Assembly (NCBI RefSeq): GCF_000012925.1
Contig: NC_007517.1
Location: forward strand, 1,500,001-1,532,000
Direction: 5' to 3'
Length of the DNA stretch: 32,000 nt
Source: Geobacter metallireducens GS-15
GTDB taxonomy: Bacteria > Desulfobacterota > Desulfuromonadia > Geobacterales > Geobacteraceae
In this document: piece by piece, positions 30,546 to 32,000 of the stretch
How positions within the stretch are numbered: position 1 is the first letter of the stretch
Layout: each line of letters begins with the position of its first letter
Notes under the pieces: generated by a model
Seen by the model: the letters and a program-made list of their open reading frames with translations, nothing else
Database searches by the model: none
What the model was told of the DNA's origin: nothing
Translations under genes and position numbers: made by a program

Positions 30546-31283
30546 ATGGCGGACATCACCACGGTTGACCTTGTACAAATAACATTCTGGTTCCTGGCGG
30601 GATGTATCAGTTTTTACTTCAGTATCGGTAATGCCCGGGTCTGGACCAGTATTTCGCTGGGATTCTTCCTCATTTTCCTGAGCCAGCTCTATGTGGTGGA
30701 GAAGGCCCTCGATATGCCGTGGACCGCCTATACCCAGCTTGAGGCCATCCACTACATTATCGGCACCATCTCTATCATGGTCATGACCCACGGGTTTCAA
30801 GAGTATTACATCTTCAGCCGTACCCTGGAGATCGGCGGGACCAAGACGGCGGTTTATCTGACGGTTCTCGGCGTTGTCGCCGCGTCGGTGGTCTTCGTAT
30901 TCATCAATCCGGAGCCTCAGTACACGGTGCTTCGCAACATCAGCGTGATTGAGAATGCCACGTGGGTCTTCCTCTCCCTGGTCAATCTCGATATGGTCCG
31001 AAAGATCTATGCCCAGATCCGGGACTCGGTCATTGCCAAGGGATTCATCGGTTTTGGCATTGTCTTTATCGCCATCTTCCTCTGGAAGGGGGCTGAGCTC
31101 TATCTCCAGGTCTATAACTGGGATGCGGACTGGAAGCTCATCATGCAGAACCTTGGGGGCGTCGTGCCTGATCTGTATTCGGGGCGTCGCGACTTCTCGC
31201 TCTTGGTCCACGACTATGCCGGTCTCCTTTCCGGGGTCTCGGTGGGGGGGACATTCATTTACCTGTTGAAGTTGTTGCGTTAA
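30546..31283 (+). CDS. Hypothetical integral membrane protein, ~7 predicted TM helices
   Basis: The 245-aa product has seven hydrophobic stretches read by eye. Examples are ITFWFLAGCISFYFSI, ISLGFFLIFLSQLYVV, IHYIIGTISIMVMTHGF, VYLTVLGVVAASVVFVFI, WVFLSLVNL, FIGFGIVFIAIFLW and LLSGVSVGGTFIYLL. I recognised no family motif. Confidence 0.65.
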   Translation: MADITTVDLVQITFWFLAGCISFYFSIGNARVWTSISLGFFLIFLSQLYVVEKALDMPWTAYTQLEAIHYIIGTISIMVMTHGFQEYYIFSRTLEIGGTKTAVYLTVLGVVAASVVFVFINPEPQYTVLRNISVIENATWVFLSLVNLDMVRKIYAQIRDSVIAKGFIGFGIVFIAIFLWKGAELYLQVYNWDADWKLIMQNLGGVVPDLYSGRRDFSLLVHDYAGLLSGVSVGGTFIYLLKLLR

Positions 31284-31308
31284 CGCAGCACGTGGATCTA
31301 TTTTCCGA

Positions 31309-31338
31309 GAAAAGGGCTGCGAGGCCCTTTTCTTGTTT
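31309..31338 (+). terminator. Rho-independent terminator after the 7-TM gene
   Basis: The stem pairs gaaaagggc (31309-31317) with gcccttttc (31324-31332) around a tgcgag loop. The tail ttgttt follows. Confidence 0.75.
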
Positions 31339-31364
31339 GCGGGACAGTGAGCACTGTTCCGTCG

Positions 31365-32000
31365 ATGCTCGGGGGCTACGTGAACCACCTGCTTGGTGAG
31401 TATCTGCAGCAACATGGTTACTGGGTTCTGTTTCTTTGGACCTTCCTAGAAGGGGAGGCGGGTCTCATCCTGGCCGGGTTCCTGGCCTTCCAGGGGTATC
31501 TGACTCTTCCCGCCGTTATCGTGACGGCCCTTGGCGGGGCGTTTCTCGGCGATCAGTTTTACTTTTATCTGGGGCGTTGGAAGGGTCCATGGCTTCTCAA
31601 GATGTTCACCCTTGTCGCCCGGAAGTTCCGCAAGGCCCTGCGGCTCATTGAGAAGTACGGTACGTTCGTTGCTTTCATCTCCCGATACACCTATGGTTTC
31701 CGGATTGTTTTGCCGATCATCCTCGGTATGTCCAGTTTTCCGGCGTCCCGCTTTCTTTCCCTCAATATGGTGAGTGCGCTCCTCTGGGCGACGCTGTTTT
31801 CGTTGGCCGGTTACTTCTTCGGCAAAAGCGCATCGCTGTTCGTGGAGGACGTGAGCCGTTACGAGATGCACCTTCTCGCAGCGCTCGCCGGCCTTATTTT
31901 CTGTATGTGGCTGTCCCATTTCGTCCATGCCTGGTTCCGGCGCAAGCCGGCCCGAACGAGGTTGAAGAGGATAAGGGATAGCCGAAAAACCGTGGATCAG
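31365..32000 (+). CDS. DedA family membrane protein (3' end cut by the window edge)
   Basis: This gene is not in the supplied ORF track because it has no stop inside the window. My hand translation of the frame containing 31365 gives MLGGYVNHLLGEYLQQHGYWVLFLWTFLEGEAGLILAGFLAFQGYL...LGDQFYFYLGRWKG...FISRYTYGFRIVLPIILGMS...WATLFSLAGYFFG, the DedA/SNARE-associated pattern. The start could be the ATG at 31365 or the GTG at 31380. Confidence 0.85.
   Translation, partial: MLGGYVNHLLGEYLQQHGYWVLFLWTFLEGEAGLILAGFLAFQGYLTLPAVIVTALGGAFLGDQFYFYLGRWKGPWLLKMFTLVARKFRKALRLIEKYGTFVAFISRYTYGFRIVLPIILGMSSFPASRFLSLNMVSALLWATLFSLAGYFFGKSASLFVEDVSRYEMHLLAALAGLIFCMWLSHFVHAWFRRKPARTRLKRIRDSRKTVDQ

Noticed and set aside
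30546-31283. A microbial rhodopsin or heliorhodopsin, suggested by the 7-TM topology and ~245-aa length.
   Set aside because: There is no retinal-binding lysine in a TM7 context and no TM3 RYxDW or DTx-type motif. The similarity is limited to size and helix count.

Overview
This 32 kb chromosomal segment has gene content and order typical of a Geobacter-like member of the Desulfuromonadales. That taxonomic call rests on my memory of the G. sulfurreducens ispG-proS-pyrF-rlmB-tRNA-aspS-icd-mdh-kor neighbourhood, not on a search.

Layout, left to right:
- 1-8.0 kb: the tail of an exopolysaccharide export locus. It holds a Wzi-like outer-membrane barrel, a Wza-like multi-SLBB exporter interrupted by a frameshift in a G7 run, a Wzz/GNVR co-polymerase and a VanZ-PAP2 fusion. 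A convergent beta-CASP MBL hydrolase sits inside it.
- 8.0-12.2 kb: a HAD hydrolase, hrpB and an M23 peptidase.
- 12.2-18.7 kb: glnB-glnA with candidate sigma-54 and sigma-70 promoters, then ispG, proS, pyrF and rlmB.
- 18.7-19.1 kb: divergent tRNA-Leu(CAA) and tRNA-Ala(GGC) genes with back-to-back promoters.
- 19.2-28.2 kb: aspS, a LysM lipoprotein, monomeric icd, mdh and korDABC.
- 28.3-31.3 kb: a three-gene cluster of poorly characterised signalling proteins (HD-GYP, a tandem DUF4388/PATAN protein and a 7-TM protein).
- 31.4 kb to the window end: a dedA-family gene that the supplied ORF track does not list.

I found no CRISPR array, transposase, integrase or recognisable defence system.

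The items most worth a second look:
1. Two copies of an octamer-built palindromic intergenic element. One carries a truncated four-helix-bundle (23S-IVS/Avd family) ORF. Both overlap neighbouring gene termini.
2. The homopolymer frameshift in the exporter.
3. A sharp GC and codon-usage drop that begins at the tRNA pair and covers about 12 kb of core genes.
4. A shared TGTATACA palindrome in the icd and kor promoters.
5. The HD-GYP / tandem-PATAN / 7-TM cluster.

All product calls come from motifs read in the translations. No database search was possible.
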